Part shown: positions 25,715 through 36,897 of the stretch, one piece after another
How the letters are laid out: each line of letters starts with the position of its first letter
Position numbering within the stretch: position 1 is the stretch's first letter
Made by a program: the position numbers and the translations under genes
Virus record (IMG/VR): IMGVR_UViG_3300035696_000013
Coordinates: 32,001 to 96,000 of that record
Reading direction: 5' to 3' (one strand)
Length of the DNA stretch: 64,000 nucleotides
Origin: a virus
The notes under the pieces: model-generated
Told to the model about the DNA's origin: nothing
The model's input: the letters and a program-made list of their open reading frames with translations, nothing else
The model's database searches: none

Positions 25715-28329
25715 TGGCTACACAAGTCTGTATATTTAACCAAACTTCAAAGTTGATCGACATAATTCCAGGAGCAAGTTCAGCGCCTGGTACACCGGGA
25801 GCACCTGTTGTCCTAAATGGATCAGGCATCTTGGATCCATCATTTTTAGGTACAGGCAACACAGTAAAGATTGGAGGTTCCTCACCTTTAATTGCAGGTG
25901 AATTGGTGAATCTCTATGAAACTTCTGGAACACTATATGCTCAACCTGCTTATGCAGCTACTGGTGCGGGTCAATTCTTAGCTCAGGGTTTTGTCACTGA
26001 GGCGGGTAGTGTGGGTGCCACAGTGCCCTTGTATTACACTGGAGTCAGCAATTACATAGATACATTAAGTGAATTCTCTTCAGGAGATGTTGGAGCAGTA
26101 GTTTATCTCTCGTCTGTACTTCCTGGAGCAATCACTAAAACACCTCCTTTTAGTGTTGCTACGATTACTGAAATTGCTTGGGCTTCGAATGTCATTACAG
26201 TCACAGCAAACAATAGCCTCGGCGTGGGAACGTATGTTCATTTTACTGGTCTTTCTTTAACAGCGGCTGCAGCAGTTTTGAATGGAAATTATTATCCTGT
26301 GGCTTCTTCAACTTCTACAACTTTTACAATCCACACCGCAATTTCAGGAATTCAAACAACAACGCCAGAAACAGGATCAGCTTCCCAGCCCGTAGTTTTG
26401 GATCAAGCGGTTGGTTATGTAGTGGCTGTTGTAGGTTCAACAGTAACCGTTCTATTCAATTTTGCCTTCCCTTCTCACTCGATAATGATTTCTGACTTAT
26501 TTGGTGGAATAAACGCTTCGTCTTCAACAGTATTGTTCGGAGATGGAACTTGGCGTCCTCCTGTCAATTCCTATCTTATAGACGTGAAGAATTTTGGTGC
26601 CAAAGGAAGCGGTAAGTTTGCGCAAAATGGACATATTTTTGGCACTCTGAATGCATTAACACTTGCTACCCCTTCATTGAATGTTTTTTCCGCAAACGAC
26701 GTTGGAGCTACTATTCTTGTTCGTGGAGCGGGAACAGCAGGAGCAGATCTTTGGACAACAATCTCTGCTTACTCAAATCCTCATGCAGTTACCTTGACTG
26801 ACCCGGCAGGTACAGATGCTTTTATTGCTGATATTTATTGGGGAATGGTTGATGATACAGCTGCTATTACAGCTGCTATAAATTCTATCTCATCGAACAG
26901 CGCAGCAACTCTCTATGCTCCCGCTGGTGTTTATATGTATTCGGCATTGTTGCCAAATAACTATAATCTAGCGGGAATTACTGGGGACGGTCCGTATGCT
27001 ACCGTTTTTCTAGCTGCAAATTCTACTCCTGCAGGATTTATCGATTGTTCTCCTCTTTCTCCTTTTACTTTGAGTGATTGCCAAGTTTCGGGGCCAGGAG
27101 ATACAGCTTCGATTTCATATACAGCAGAAATTTCATTACATGGAAGTGGTGTGATTGAAAATTTCCAACTCACACATACTCCAGCTGAATTTTCTACAGA
27201 CAACTATGTAACGGCTCTTTCGGAAACGCTGTCTTCTGTTGTGTGGACTATCGACCAAGCAATTTTTCCGTCTTTTAATACTTACAGTCCTACTTCAACT
27301 ATAAATCTTCGTTATTTTGTTACTAATTCTGTGGCAACTTTAGGCTGGAGTATCAGTGATGCACTAGAGGCAGAATTCACTAACTGTATTGCTGGCCTTC
27401 CAGGGACAACTATCCCAAGAGGTTTTATTATAGCAGCTTCAAAATTGGCGACAGTGCGAAATTGTAGTATTGCGGCGTCTAGTATTACAGGAAGCGGAAG
27501 TTTTATTTTTGATACTCCCACTTCTTTAACCTTAGAGGGTTGCGAGAGTTTAGCTACTCTTCCTTCTTTTGGATATGCTTTTTACATTAGTGGTTGGAAT
27601 ATGCATCTTCGCAACTTGCATGCTACAAATTGCGACATTGGACTATTTATAGCCTCCACAACAAACTTGACAGTAAAGGGAAATATTCTAGTTGAAAACT
27701 GCCGTATGGAGCCTACAGCAACTTCTCATTCTGTAGGTTACGATCTTCAGAATACTCCGCAAGATCCTCCGTCAGGTATGACTTTTATCAATTGTTCAAC
27801 CTCTGGAATGGGAGATCCTGGTGGTATTCCATTTTCAGTAGGTCAGAATGGGCCGTTTACTTTAATTGGATGCTTTGCAGAAACAGGAAGCCAAACGAAT
27901 GATGTTGTTACTGGAAATGCTCCTACCATCATAGCTATTGATTGCAGTTTTCCAGCAAATTATAACATTGTCGGAACAGTTGTTCCTAATGTTCAAGGAG
28001 TGCAGGTTGTTGGGCCGTTTGCAACAACAGTTCTTTCTTCCTTAGCTACAACATCAACATCAGGTTTCGCAACTGCCATCAAGGAAGTATCTTCGGATTA
28101 TCCCGTCACGATTCTGGATGGCACAATTGAGTGCAATGGTACATTGACAGTTACGTTGCCTACAACAGGACTTATGCTTGGTCAGACTTTTAGAATTAAG
28201 AATATTGGTTCGGGTACAGTTACAGTGACTTCAGCTGTAAATATCGATGATGCACTAACCCAATATCTTACTGTTCATAATGACAGTTTTGATGTTCAAT
28301 GGAATGGCACTCAATACATCATTTTGTAA
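25714..28329 (+). CDS. Tail spike/fiber with pectin-lyase-like beta-helix
   Basis: IDVKNFGAKG...DDTAAITAAI...YAPAGVY; S/T/G-rich. Confidence 0.8.
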   Translation: MATQVCIFNQTSKLIDIIPGASSAPGTPGAPVVLNGSGILDPSFLGTGNTVKIGGSSPLIAGELVNLYETSGTLYAQPAYAATGAGQFLAQGFVTEAGSVGATVPLYYTGVSNYIDTLSEFSSGDVGAVVYLSSVLPGAITKTPPFSVATITEIAWASNVITVTANNSLGVGTYVHFTGLSLTAAAAVLNGNYYPVASSTSTTFTIHTAISGIQTTTPETGSASQPVVLDQAVGYVVAVVGSTVTVLFNFAFPSHSIMISDLFGGINASSSTVLFGDGTWRPPVNSYLIDVKNFGAKGSGKFAQNGHIFGTLNALTLATPSLNVFSANDVGATILVRGAGTAGADLWTTISAYSNPHAVTLTDPAGTDAFIADIYWGMVDDTAAITAAINSISSNSAATLYAPAGVYMYSALLPNNYNLAGITGDGPYATVFLAANSTPAGFIDCSPLSPFTLSDCQVSGPGDTASISYTAEISLHGSGVIENFQLTHTPAEFSTDNYVTALSETLSSVVWTIDQAIFPSFNTYSPTSTINLRYFVTNSVATLGWSISDALEAEFTNCIAGLPGTTIPRGFIIAASKLATVRNCSIAASSITGSGSFIFDTPTSLTLEGCESLATLPSFGYAFYISGWNMHLRNLHATNCDIGLFIASTTNLTVKGNILVENCRMEPTATSHSVGYDLQNTPQDPPSGMTFINCSTSGMGDPGGIPFSVGQNGPFTLIGCFAETGSQTNDVVTGNAPTIIAIDCSFPANYNIVGTVVPNVQGVQVVGPFATTVLSSLATTSTSGFATAIKEVSSDYPVTILDGTIECNGTLTVTLPTTGLMLGQTFRIKNIGSGTVTVTSAVNIDDALTQYLTVHNDSFDVQWNGTQYIIL

Positions 28330-28344
28330 CATAGGAGTAAGTTG

Positions 28345-30498
28345 ATGTCTTTTAAACCTACAGGCTTTACCGATTATGTGAATGCACAAAGCTACGGATT
28401 AACTCCCGTTGCGATGATTGCTACTCCTCCTAATAACTACATTGCATTTCCTATTGGTTCAACTACGATAACAGCAATGCCAGATGTTTTTTCAGCTATA
28501 GATGTGGGAAGAGCTTTGGTAGCATTTTCGGCAAATACTAATTTTGGTGATCTCTGGACTACTATTGCTTCTTACAATCCTCAATCTACAGGCACTGTTA
28601 CGAGTGTTGCCGTCAACGGTTCAAATCAAGTTACAATTCTTGTTTCCAATTCATTTGTGGTAGGTCAACAGGTAACATTTGCTGTAACAACAGCTACTTT
28701 TTTGAACACAGTACAACTTTCTATTGTTTCTCGTACAGGTTCACAAATTGTTTGCGCTGCAACGGCGGGTGATGGATCAACAAATCCTCCTTTTACAAAT
28801 TCTCCCTATGGTCCTACGGCGGATACCGGAACTGTAACTGGCTTGGCGTATATCGCAGTGGCCAATGCTGCCGTAGCCGATATGAATGACAGCGTTTCTG
28901 GCAAAGCATTTGTGGCTTGGGGTCCTAATGCGAACACCGGAGGTCATCCTTCTTTTACCGATTGTATCCCTGCAATGACTGCTGCTATAACGGCAGCTGC
29001 GGATGCAGGAGTGTCACTTTATATCCCTTCTGGCACATACGCATACAATAATGTTCTAACACTTGACAATGGTGCCCTTGATCCTTTGGATACGATACCT
29101 GCTTTGATTGGTGCTGGTTCAGGCGTTGTGACATTTATTGCCAATAATCCAGCTTCAGCTGCTCCTCAGGGATTTTTGAACGTCGACTATCCGGGCAGAA
29201 ATTTGAGTGTTTCTGGTCTTGCTGTTTATGGCAATGCTTTGCCTGTTGGTACTGCTCCAACTTCTTCCCCTTATGCAGAAGTTACTATCTGGACTTTGCG
29301 TGGAACTGTTGATGATATTCTTATTGGGGATACTCCATTTCAATATGGTCTACATGTTCGCGCTTCACAGGGATCTTGTAGAAACATTTACGATTATGCA
29401 GTGAGTTATTATGAATTAGATGGAGCTTTTGTCGATAATTGTACTGCAACTGCAATGGAATTTTCGCTTACTGTTCCAGCAGGATTTACAGGTCAAGGTG
29501 AAGGCGGTATTGTGCGTCAAGGTGTATGCAACGCTTTTAGCGCGGCGCACGCAAATGGCGTTCTTAGTTGCTTCAACTTTGAAGGCAATCCCAGTGTCAA
29601 CAATTCAGTAATGTTTGAAAATTGTTTAGCTTCAGGTGGTTCGACAAATCTTCTCATTCCTGTAGGATTTTCAATTGAAAATAGTGTTCTTGTTGATTGC
29701 ACAGCTGAAGATTTGCAAACTGGATTCCTCTTGAGTGGAGGAATTGGTTCGGGTAACGCAGCTTTGTACGGTTGTGTAGCAAACAACACTAGTTCAGGCT
29801 GCACACTGGCTTGTTTTGTGGCTAGCGGAGGAGATGTTCCTTGGTTGCATGGTGTCCAATATTTTGTGGGACAAACTACAATAGATCCTGCGGGACACAC
29901 ACAAAAGGTAACGGTTGCGGGAGTTTCCGGAGGTTCTTTGCCAGCTTGGAATGACGCTGGTGGAAACACAACTGATGGTGGTGTAACCTGGCATGATGAA
30001 GGAACACTTATCTCTCATATGGCAACGGGCGTGAAATTCAGTGGTTGCATTGTGAATGGCACTGCTCCAGGTTATATCTTGTGGAACACTGGATTTAACA
30101 TAGATATTGACATCCTCAGTCCTGCAGTTGCAACTGTTCCAATGTATTCTTCTCATGCGCCTATTATTTTGTCTGGTTTGAATTCAACCCAATCCAACTT
30201 AGTTGTGTATAGTATTGGTTTTGCTGGGGAAGAATATATGCTTCCCATAAAGTACTATCTTGAAACCACACAAGCAGGTACGGGCGGTACTGTAACACTT
30301 TCTTTCAATTGGAAAGATCCTGCAGGTCATGCCCAATCTTATTCAGTCCCAACTACACTTAGTTTGACTTCAACAACAGGTTTTGTTAGCGGAACACTGC
30401 CGATCTTCGCTGGTGGTGCTACGGATGTAACTGCTACAATGACTGTTGCTGGGGCAACGGGTACGCCACTTTATGGTGCGTATGTTGGAGTAAAATAG
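28345..30498 (+). CDS. Second tail spike/fiber with beta-helix and carbohydrate-binding-like insert
   Basis: DCIPAMTAAI..LYIPSGTY; W....Y..G....TTDGGVTW module. Confidence 0.75.
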   Translation: MSFKPTGFTDYVNAQSYGLTPVAMIATPPNNYIAFPIGSTTITAMPDVFSAIDVGRALVAFSANTNFGDLWTTIASYNPQSTGTVTSVAVNGSNQVTILVSNSFVVGQQVTFAVTTATFLNTVQLSIVSRTGSQIVCAATAGDGSTNPPFTNSPYGPTADTGTVTGLAYIAVANAAVADMNDSVSGKAFVAWGPNANTGGHPSFTDCIPAMTAAITAAADAGVSLYIPSGTYAYNNVLTLDNGALDPLDTIPALIGAGSGVVTFIANNPASAAPQGFLNVDYPGRNLSVSGLAVYGNALPVGTAPTSSPYAEVTIWTLRGTVDDILIGDTPFQYGLHVRASQGSCRNIYDYAVSYYELDGAFVDNCTATAMEFSLTVPAGFTGQGEGGIVRQGVCNAFSAAHANGVLSCFNFEGNPSVNNSVMFENCLASGGSTNLLIPVGFSIENSVLVDCTAEDLQTGFLLSGGIGSGNAALYGCVANNTSSGCTLACFVASGGDVPWLHGVQYFVGQTTIDPAGHTQKVTVAGVSGGSLPAWNDAGGNTTDGGVTWHDEGTLISHMATGVKFSGCIVNGTAPGYILWNTGFNIDIDILSPAVATVPMYSSHAPIILSGLNSTQSNLVVYSIGFAGEEYMLPIKYYLETTQAGTGGTVTLSFNWKDPAGHAQSYSVPTTLSLTSTTGFVSGTLPIFAGGATDVTATMTVAGATGTPLYGAYVGVK

Positions 30499-30546
30499 AT
30501 AGTGTAGTATTACTAGAGTAGAGAATCCATAGTGATTGATTCAAAA

Positions 30547-30684
30547 ATGGAACCGATTGATGATGTCTGCGTCGCTTGCGACGGAGAAGGTGAGATCGAC
30601 GGTCATCTCTGTAAGTCCTGCAACGGTAAAGGCTACATCAGTAATGAAGATCGAAATCGAGAATCTGGGGATCCCGCAACGTGA
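30547..30684 (+). CDS. Small DnaJ-type Zn finger protein (45 aa)
   Basis: CVACDGEG...CKSCNGKG; not in ORF track. Confidence 0.6.
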   Translation: MEPIDDVCVACDGEGEIDGHLCKSCNGKGYISNEDRNRESGDPAT

Positions 30685-31309
30685 TTTTCATTTAGTTAGA
30701 GAGGCTTTGATAGCCCAGAATAAGAAATTTGATGCAATTACTCTTCCTCAAATTCCCTACAATCAACTCATTCTCTGCTGTACAGGTGTTGCTGGTTCTA
30801 CTGCTTGCCCTCCTCAATTGATTCGAAAAGAAAAACAACATCGTCGCGAACGATTTTTAGATCTAGAAGAACAGGAATTTCAAGAGTGCATTAACTTTCT
30901 TCAAATCGAACGAATGTACGAGGATGTACAGTTCGCTCTTGCTCAACGTGCCGCTCCCGCTTGGAATAGTTTAGCTTCTCGCCAAAAAGTTTGGTTCAAA
31001 CTAAATTGTCTCTTTAATCATATTGATGCTCCGCAACGACGAATAGGAGAAACAATTTTACTTTTACGAACTTGTGCAGAGGAACCAAATTCTGGACTTC
31101 CTCGTGAGGTTTGTGAACATTACATTGACAAATTGCAGACGTTATTCAGCAGTTGTATGGAGATTTCACAAGTTGAATTCCGGCAGAAGATCTGGGATAT
31201 TGCTGAGATTATATTGGATTTTCTGCCTGATTCAGAACGCAGTATTTGTACAAGAGAAGAGTTACAAGATTACAGCTGCACAAGTGATTGTTTTCGTGTT
31301 CTTTCGTAG
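30644..31309 (+). CDS. Hypothetical protein
   Basis: Long ORF from MKIEIENL. Confidence 0.6.
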   Translation: MKIEIENLGIPQRDFHLVREALIAQNKKFDAITLPQIPYNQLILCCTGVAGSTACPPQLIRKEKQHRRERFLDLEEQEFQECINFLQIERMYEDVQFALAQRAAPAWNSLASRQKVWFKLNCLFNHIDAPQRRIGETILLLRTCAEEPNSGLPREVCEHYIDKLQTLFSSCMEISQVEFRQKIWDIAEIILDFLPDSERSICTREELQDYSCTSDCFRVLS

Positions 31310-31352
31310 CTGAATTGTAGCAGATTCAAGTAGAATATAACTGGAGAGAAGA

Positions 31353-33035
31353 ATGGACTCTGCTACCGACACGCCGCTGGTACAAATTGAGCAACCAAAA
31401 CTGAATCTGCAAAATAATCCTTCCACTCAGATCCGAGATCATTTTCCGTTTCCAACAATGCGTGCTGCTCAAGATAAGGCGTTAACTGCAGTTGAGAACG
31501 CCTATCAAAATAACAAAAAATTCATCATCATCGAAGCACCAACAGGCATTGGTAAAAGTGGCATTGCTATAGCAGCTGCTAGCCACGCGCAAACAGTTAT
31601 TCCTAATGGTGGACGACGGCCAGGAGGCTATATTCTGTCTCCTCAGAAGACCTTGACGGCTCAGTATATGAATGACTTCTCTAACTTAGGTTTGTTGGAG
31701 ATGAAAGGCAAGGCTAATTACTGGTGCGCGGAGCATAATGTTGATTGCGACACAGGAGCATTGATCAATAATTCAGAACATCAGGGTGATGATCGTGAAG
31801 TTTGCCCGTTTTGCCCCTACAAAATAGCCAAAAAGGCTACGATTGAATCCATGGTTTCGACCATGAACTTTGCTTATTTCCTAAACGAAACACAGTATGC
31901 GGGGCAGTTGGGCGAACGCAACATGCTGGTTCTGGATGAAGGTCATAATACGGAGTCACAAGTTCTAGGTTTCACTGATACGGAAATTACTCGCAAGCGT
32001 AGTGATGAAGTCGGCACTGGTGCTATGCCGTTCTTTAAACCGGGTGAGAATGAAAAATGCTACACTTGGTTGGTAGATGTGTTTCGTCCCGCGTGTATCG
32101 AGTATATGCAACAATTGCAAGATCTTTGCAATGAAGCTAAGTATTCCGGCGACCGTGAAGAGACCATCAAATACGCTAGGAAATTGGATTCGTACGATAA
32201 GTACACTTGCCGTTTGAATCGTTTTATCAATAGCAATGATCGTACCAACTGGCTTTGCTGGACCGATAAAGACACCAAAGCAACCGTCATAAAGCCGCTT
32301 ACCGCTACCCTCTATGCGGATGATGTCCTATTTCGCAAGGGCGACAAGATTCTTATGATGAGTGCCACGATTCTTGATTTCCCCACTGTGATGCGCAATT
32401 TGGGAATCAATCCTGCCGATGCCGAGTGCTTGGCTTTGGATAGTGAATTTCCTCTTGAAAATCGACCTATCTTTTTCCGTCCTGTGGGTTCAATGTCGCA
32501 TAGTTCTATTGAGGAAACTCTGCCCAAGTTGTCAAAGATGGTTGGACGAATCCTGGCTCAGTATGCCACTAAGAAAGGCATCGTCCATACGCACAGTTAT
32601 CGCATAACAAAATATCTAGTTGATTGGCTTAATTCTAATGCCCCTGAGCAAAGGTTCAGAATTATCACGCATGATTCTACCCCAGGATCGCGTGATGCCG
32701 CCGTTGTACAGCACTTTGAGAGTCCAGATCCTACGGTCCTCTTCTCTCCAAGCATGACCGAGGGTCTGGACCTCAAAGAAGATCTAAGCCGCTTTCAAGT
32801 TCTCTGTAAGGTTCCGTATCCGTATCTGTCACCTTACATCCGAGCGCGTCTAGATCGTGATCAAGAGTGGTACAACTGGTGCACAGGATTGACAATGGTT
32901 CAGGCTTCGGGTCGTTCTATTCGTAATAAAACGGATAAGGCTCATACTTACATTTTGGATTCGGCTTTTGAATACTTTTTGGCAAAGTATGGAAACAAAT
33001 TGCCTAAGTGGTGGACGGATGCCATACAATTTTAG
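31353..33035 (+). CDS. DinG/Rad3-family SF2 helicase
   Basis: EAPTGIGKS, Cys cluster, DEGH, MSAT, EGLD, QASGRSIR. Confidence 0.9.
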   Translation: MDSATDTPLVQIEQPKLNLQNNPSTQIRDHFPFPTMRAAQDKALTAVENAYQNNKKFIIIEAPTGIGKSGIAIAAASHAQTVIPNGGRRPGGYILSPQKTLTAQYMNDFSNLGLLEMKGKANYWCAEHNVDCDTGALINNSEHQGDDREVCPFCPYKIAKKATIESMVSTMNFAYFLNETQYAGQLGERNMLVLDEGHNTESQVLGFTDTEITRKRSDEVGTGAMPFFKPGENEKCYTWLVDVFRPACIEYMQQLQDLCNEAKYSGDREETIKYARKLDSYDKYTCRLNRFINSNDRTNWLCWTDKDTKATVIKPLTATLYADDVLFRKGDKILMMSATILDFPTVMRNLGINPADAECLALDSEFPLENRPIFFRPVGSMSHSSIEETLPKLSKMVGRILAQYATKKGIVHTHSYRITKYLVDWLNSNAPEQRFRIITHDSTPGSRDAAVVQHFESPDPTVLFSPSMTEGLDLKEDLSRFQVLCKVPYPYLSPYIRARLDRDQEWYNWCTGLTMVQASGRSIRNKTDKAHTYILDSAFEYFLAKYGNKLPKWWTDAIQF

Positions 33036-33089
33036 GGAGAGTTATACGAATTTTTGGGAAAGACAGTAGATTGACAAGTGAGGTAGAGA

Positions 33090-33302
33090 ATGTATCAAAG
33101 TCAATTTTGGCCTAATCAATTTGTTTTCTCAATGGCTCCTTTTGGATATGTAGTTATGGTGCCCATTGTTGGAGAACCCTCTATTACTGTAGATTATGCT
33201 TGTTTTCGGGATGGTTGTACAGCAAAATTTCATTACGATACTAGTTTCCCTGTTGATTCAGCAAGAGAAGAAATCCGCAAACATGTGTACGCTAATCATT
33301 AG
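33090..33302 (+). CDS. Hypothetical protein
   Basis: Promoter motif and GAGG RBS. Confidence 0.55.
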   Translation: MYQSQFWPNQFVFSMAPFGYVVMVPIVGEPSITVDYACFRDGCTAKFHYDTSFPVDSAREEIRKHVYANH

Positions 33303-33320
33303 AGCAAAAGGAGAATAGAA

Positions 33321-33725
33321 ATGGGTGTATCAACCAATGCAATTTTGTTTTATGGTTTCCTAATCGAAGAAGACTCCGACAACCAAGAAGTCATCACTAT
33401 GGAAGATGGTGGTGGAACAGATCGCGACAATTTTTGGGCTAGAAAGTTTAATTTGCCTGAAAATGATTGGGAAACAATCTATGAGCACCAAGGTGAGTAT
33501 CCTGTGCGCATCGGTACTCATTGCTCCGGCGATTATCCCATGTATTATATCGCCATTCGTGCTTCGGAAATTGTCGCTAATCGAGGTTATCCAGAGGAAT
33601 TGAAGGCGGAAGATCTTGTCAAGAAATTGGAATGGGATAATCAGTTGCGCGAATTTTGCAAGATTTATGGTCTGACTCCTCCCGAAAAATTCGGATGGTG
33701 TTTGGCTTCCTACTGGTCGTCATAA
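33321..33725 (+). CDS. Hypothetical protein
   Basis: AGGAG RBS; 134 aa. Confidence 0.7.
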   Translation: MGVSTNAILFYGFLIEEDSDNQEVITMEDGGGTDRDNFWARKFNLPENDWETIYEHQGEYPVRIGTHCSGDYPMYYIAIRASEIVANRGYPEELKAEDLVKKLEWDNQLREFCKIYGLTPPEKFGWCLASYWSS

Positions 33726-34084
33726 TGGAATGGAGAAAAGCGGTTCAAGATAATGCTGACTCAAAAGAAGGTGTCTTAGAAAAAGGCAAACTTCTTATTG
33801 AGCACATGACTGTGGGTAGAGATTGGAAGATCTTTACTTTTAAGGCTGATGAATGGCACTATGAAATTTACAGCAAAAGGCTACACTTAAGAGTTTATGC
33901 TGGTCATGGTTCAAAAGGAGAACCAGTATTTTCGGCTGGTTTTTACGGCTACAATCCTCTTTGGGATTATACTGAAATATGCAAATCCGATCCAAATGAG
34001 GCAGTTCTTGCTGTGATTAATCGGATGAGAAAACATGTAGCAAAACAAGCCGCTTCTTTAAAAGAATTGACAGAGGCACTATAG
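33725..34084 (+). CDS. Hypothetical protein
   Basis: TAATG coupling. Confidence 0.6.
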   Translation: MEWRKAVQDNADSKEGVLEKGKLLIEHMTVGRDWKIFTFKADEWHYEIYSKRLHLRVYAGHGSKGEPVFSAGFYGYNPLWDYTEICKSDPNEAVLAVINRMRKHVAKQAASLKELTEAL

Positions 34085-34690
34085 ATGCTTCAATATCCCG
34101 AGATCGCAGGTAGTGCCAAGGCTCCGTTAGGGAAGCCTTGTATAGCTTTTTACAAGTACGATGGAAGCAATTTGCGATTTGAATGGTCCTCTAAACAAGG
34201 CTGGCATAAGTTTGGTACTCGGCATCAACTTTTCAATCAGACTGATCCAATTTTTGGCCCTGGAATCCCTTACTTTTTAGATAAAATGGGGGATGAAATT
34301 CTCAAACGTTGCCGCGATGTCGAACGTGGTGTTCAACGTATCACTGTCTTTTGCGAGTATTATGGCATTCAAAGTTTTGCGGGAAAACATGTTCCCGGCG
34401 ATGAAATGATGCTTCGTTTAATCGATGTTGCTCTCTACAAACGAGGCATGATGAAGCCACGGCTATTTGTAAAGACATTTGGTGATTGGTACTTTACTGC
34501 AGAAGTGATTTACGATGGCAACTTGAACAGGCAATTCATCGAGGATATTCGCCAAAGTAAATATCCTGTTTGGGAAGGCGTGGTTGCCAAGGGAATTGAT
34601 GGCGATTGGATGTGCAAGATAAAGACTAATGCTTACTTCAAGAAACTCAATGAAGTGTTTGGAACAGAGTATCGAAATTATTGGGAATAG
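34085..34690 (+). CDS. RNA ligase-like nucleotidyltransferase (minimal adenylation domain)
   Basis: Motif I KYDGSN, III FCEYYG, IV EGVVAK, V KIK. Confidence 0.75.
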   Translation: MLQYPEIAGSAKAPLGKPCIAFYKYDGSNLRFEWSSKQGWHKFGTRHQLFNQTDPIFGPGIPYFLDKMGDEILKRCRDVERGVQRITVFCEYYGIQSFAGKHVPGDEMMLRLIDVALYKRGMMKPRLFVKTFGDWYFTAEVIYDGNLNRQFIEDIRQSKYPVWEGVVAKGIDGDWMCKIKTNAYFKKLNEVFGTEYRNYWE

Positions 34691-34707
34691 TCATAGGAGA
34701 AATCCCA

Positions 34708-35163
34708 ATGAGTCATAAAAGGCAATTTGGAAAACGAAGTAAGTCCGAAATTGCAAAACTTATCTTTTGGCTCGTAGCTATTCTTACACTAGAAGTAAGT
34801 GTGGGGAGAGAAATTGCTGCTGGACCGCCTAAACCAACGGATATTCAAACTATTTTGACTCAAGACTACAGTCAATACAACGAACGGTGGTTCAAGAATC
34901 GTCTACCAACGGATACAGTTATCCAATATTATTCAATGCCTGATTTTGATATTGGTCAAACAAATGAAGATGATGGCCATTATCATATCTTTGTTAACTC
35001 GTATTACAATCGAGATAAGCATAGTGCTGAGTTTACCTTATTTCATGAGATGTGTCATGTTGAAGTTAATCTAGCAGGAGAAGAGTTGGAGACACATGGT
35101 TCAAAATGGCAAGGTTGTATGCTGCGGTTAGCTAATGCCGGAGCATTTCATGATGTTTGGTAA
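34708..35163 (+). CDS. SprT-like Zn metalloprotease with N-terminal hydrophobic segment
   Basis: TLFHEMCH...HGSKW. Confidence 0.75.
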   Translation: MSHKRQFGKRSKSEIAKLIFWLVAILTLEVSVGREIAAGPPKPTDIQTILTQDYSQYNERWFKNRLPTDTVIQYYSMPDFDIGQTNEDDGHYHIFVNSYYNRDKHSAEFTLFHEMCHVEVNLAGEELETHGSKWQGCMLRLANAGAFHDVW

Positions 35164-35171
35164 ATAAAAAT

Positions 35172-35498
35172 ATGAGTGAAAAACAAATTTTGCAATATGA
35201 TGAGAATGTGACATTGAGTATACAGTCTTGGCAGTATCTATGCCCTAGACAAAAAGATGTTCTTAATCCACAAGCTGAAGGTAATCCTGTACGTGTCGAA
35301 AGAGTTCTAAAATGTCCAGAATGCGGTCATGTTCGTGCTTTGGAAACTTTAAAGTGCTTGAAATGCGATCAACTTTTTGAAGGTGATTGGTCTCAACCAT
35401 ATGTCACTATTCTTGCTCGCATGATAGATAAACACTATCGTGAAGTCCATGGAGAAGACAATTGCCACGCTACCCACGTCATAAAAGGATTGCAATAA
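35172..35498 (+). CDS. Hypothetical Zn-finger protein
   Basis: CPEC, CLKC, HxxxxH. Confidence 0.55.
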   Translation: MSEKQILQYDENVTLSIQSWQYLCPRQKDVLNPQAEGNPVRVERVLKCPECGHVRALETLKCLKCDQLFEGDWSQPYVTILARMIDKHYREVHGEDNCHATHVIKGLQ

Positions 35499-35746
35499 TC
35501 ATCGGTCAGATACGACAATTTGTACCTATGGATAAGCCGCTAGAAATGGGCTGGCGCAAATCTCTAAATGATGTTCCAAACTTTCGTCTTCAATCTCAAA
35601 CTCAGGAACGAGAATGGACCTTTGACATTTACGCGGGAGATTATTTGGTTGTTTCGGTAGGAGATCGCCTTACTGAAGTTTGTCATTCTGTTCCTTCCGC
35701 CATTACTTACCTCTGTAGAATGCTCGGAGTTTCTCCAAACAAGTAA
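35462..35746 (+). CDS. Hypothetical protein
   Basis: ORF in operon position. Confidence 0.5.
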   Translation: MPRYPRHKRIAIIIGQIRQFVPMDKPLEMGWRKSLNDVPNFRLQSQTQEREWTFDIYAGDYLVVSVGDRLTEVCHSVPSAITYLCRMLGVSPNK

Positions 35747-35756
35747 TAGACTTCAT

Positions 35757-36461
35757 ATGCAACAACTCATAAACATACAATCTCTTGAAGATCTCAAGAA
35801 AGTCTTAATCCGACAGAAGTTGATCACTCGACGAGCGGCAGAAGAATTAGCTCAAATTACAGAATCTCTGCAGGTCGTAGAAGGTGATTCTGAAGAAGTC
35901 AAGACCGAGAAGGCATTCGAATTTATTGCCAAAGAACGGCAACTTCTTGATAAGTATGCCAAGTATCCTACTCTGACTGAATTCAATTTAATGCCTAACA
36001 CAGCCGATATGGCTGTAAAATGGGGAGCAACATTTGGAGTGGCTCTCATTGTGGGGGAATTGATCTTAGAACAGGTCAAACTAATTTCGGGAGCCTTTGA
36101 CAATTCATTGAGTGTCCTTTACACTATTCTTCTAAATGAACTTAGCAATCCTCGGTCAGACTTTATGATTGATCCCTTGCTACGTGCTATTAAGATCGAA
36201 ATCAGACCTAAAGATGCAGTTGTAACGGCTGAGGCTCAGGAAGTTCTAAAGAAGCAAGTCGTCCGTCAATTGGCCGAGGTATTTGTTATCGTCAGTGTGG
36301 CTTATGGCATAATGCAGAAACATGAAGACGGCTCCTATTCTTTAACTCCTACCGGGCACCGAGTTCTTCTTCACTTGCAAGATGTGCAGAGATTTATGGC
36401 GCTTATGGCAACTGCACATAAGAAATTTCAAGACGAAAAACCTGCAGTTACAATACATTAG
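35757..36461 (+). CDS. Hypothetical protein
   Basis: 234 aa ORF. Confidence 0.65.
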   Translation: MQQLINIQSLEDLKKVLIRQKLITRRAAEELAQITESLQVVEGDSEEVKTEKAFEFIAKERQLLDKYAKYPTLTEFNLMPNTADMAVKWGATFGVALIVGELILEQVKLISGAFDNSLSVLYTILLNELSNPRSDFMIDPLLRAIKIEIRPKDAVVTAEAQEVLKKQVVRQLAEVFVIVSVAYGIMQKHEDGSYSLTPTGHRVLLHLQDVQRFMALMATAHKKFQDEKPAVTIH

Positions 36462-36516
36462 CACTACCTGAAATTCTTCTCTCCACCGTAGATTATAGGT
36501 GAGAGGAGACAAAGAA

Positions 36517-36876
36517 ATGTTCAACTCACTGTTTGGCATCGCCAATACGGCTCAAGAACGAGTGATGAACACAATGGATCTGATGTTAGCCCCGGTCCGC
36601 TTTGTCATCGATGCTCTCATTTTGATGCTCATGATCATGGTGATTATCCCCACCTTGATTATTTGCTGGTGCTTCTATCACCCGGCTCTTGCTCACTTCT
36701 ATTTTGCCAATGCTATTCCGGTTCTTTGGAATGGTGGATTGGCCACCCAACTGGTTCTTGTTTTCTTTGTTCTACTTGTTCTTACCCTCTTCAAAGCCAC
36801 AAAAAAGATTGCCAAGACTATCCTCTGGTCAGCTATAGTTGTTGGGGTTTGTTTCTACATCTACAAGATTTTCTAA
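36517..36876 (+). CDS. Membrane protein
   Basis: Three hydrophobic segments; promoter motif and RBS. Confidence 0.65.
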   Translation: MFNSLFGIANTAQERVMNTMDLMLAPVRFVIDALILMLMIMVIIPTLIICWCFYHPALAHFYFANAIPVLWNGGLATQLVLVFFVLLVLTLFKATKKIAKTILWSAIVVGVCFYIYKIF

Positions 36877-36897
36877 ACAGCCAGTATTAAGCTGTTA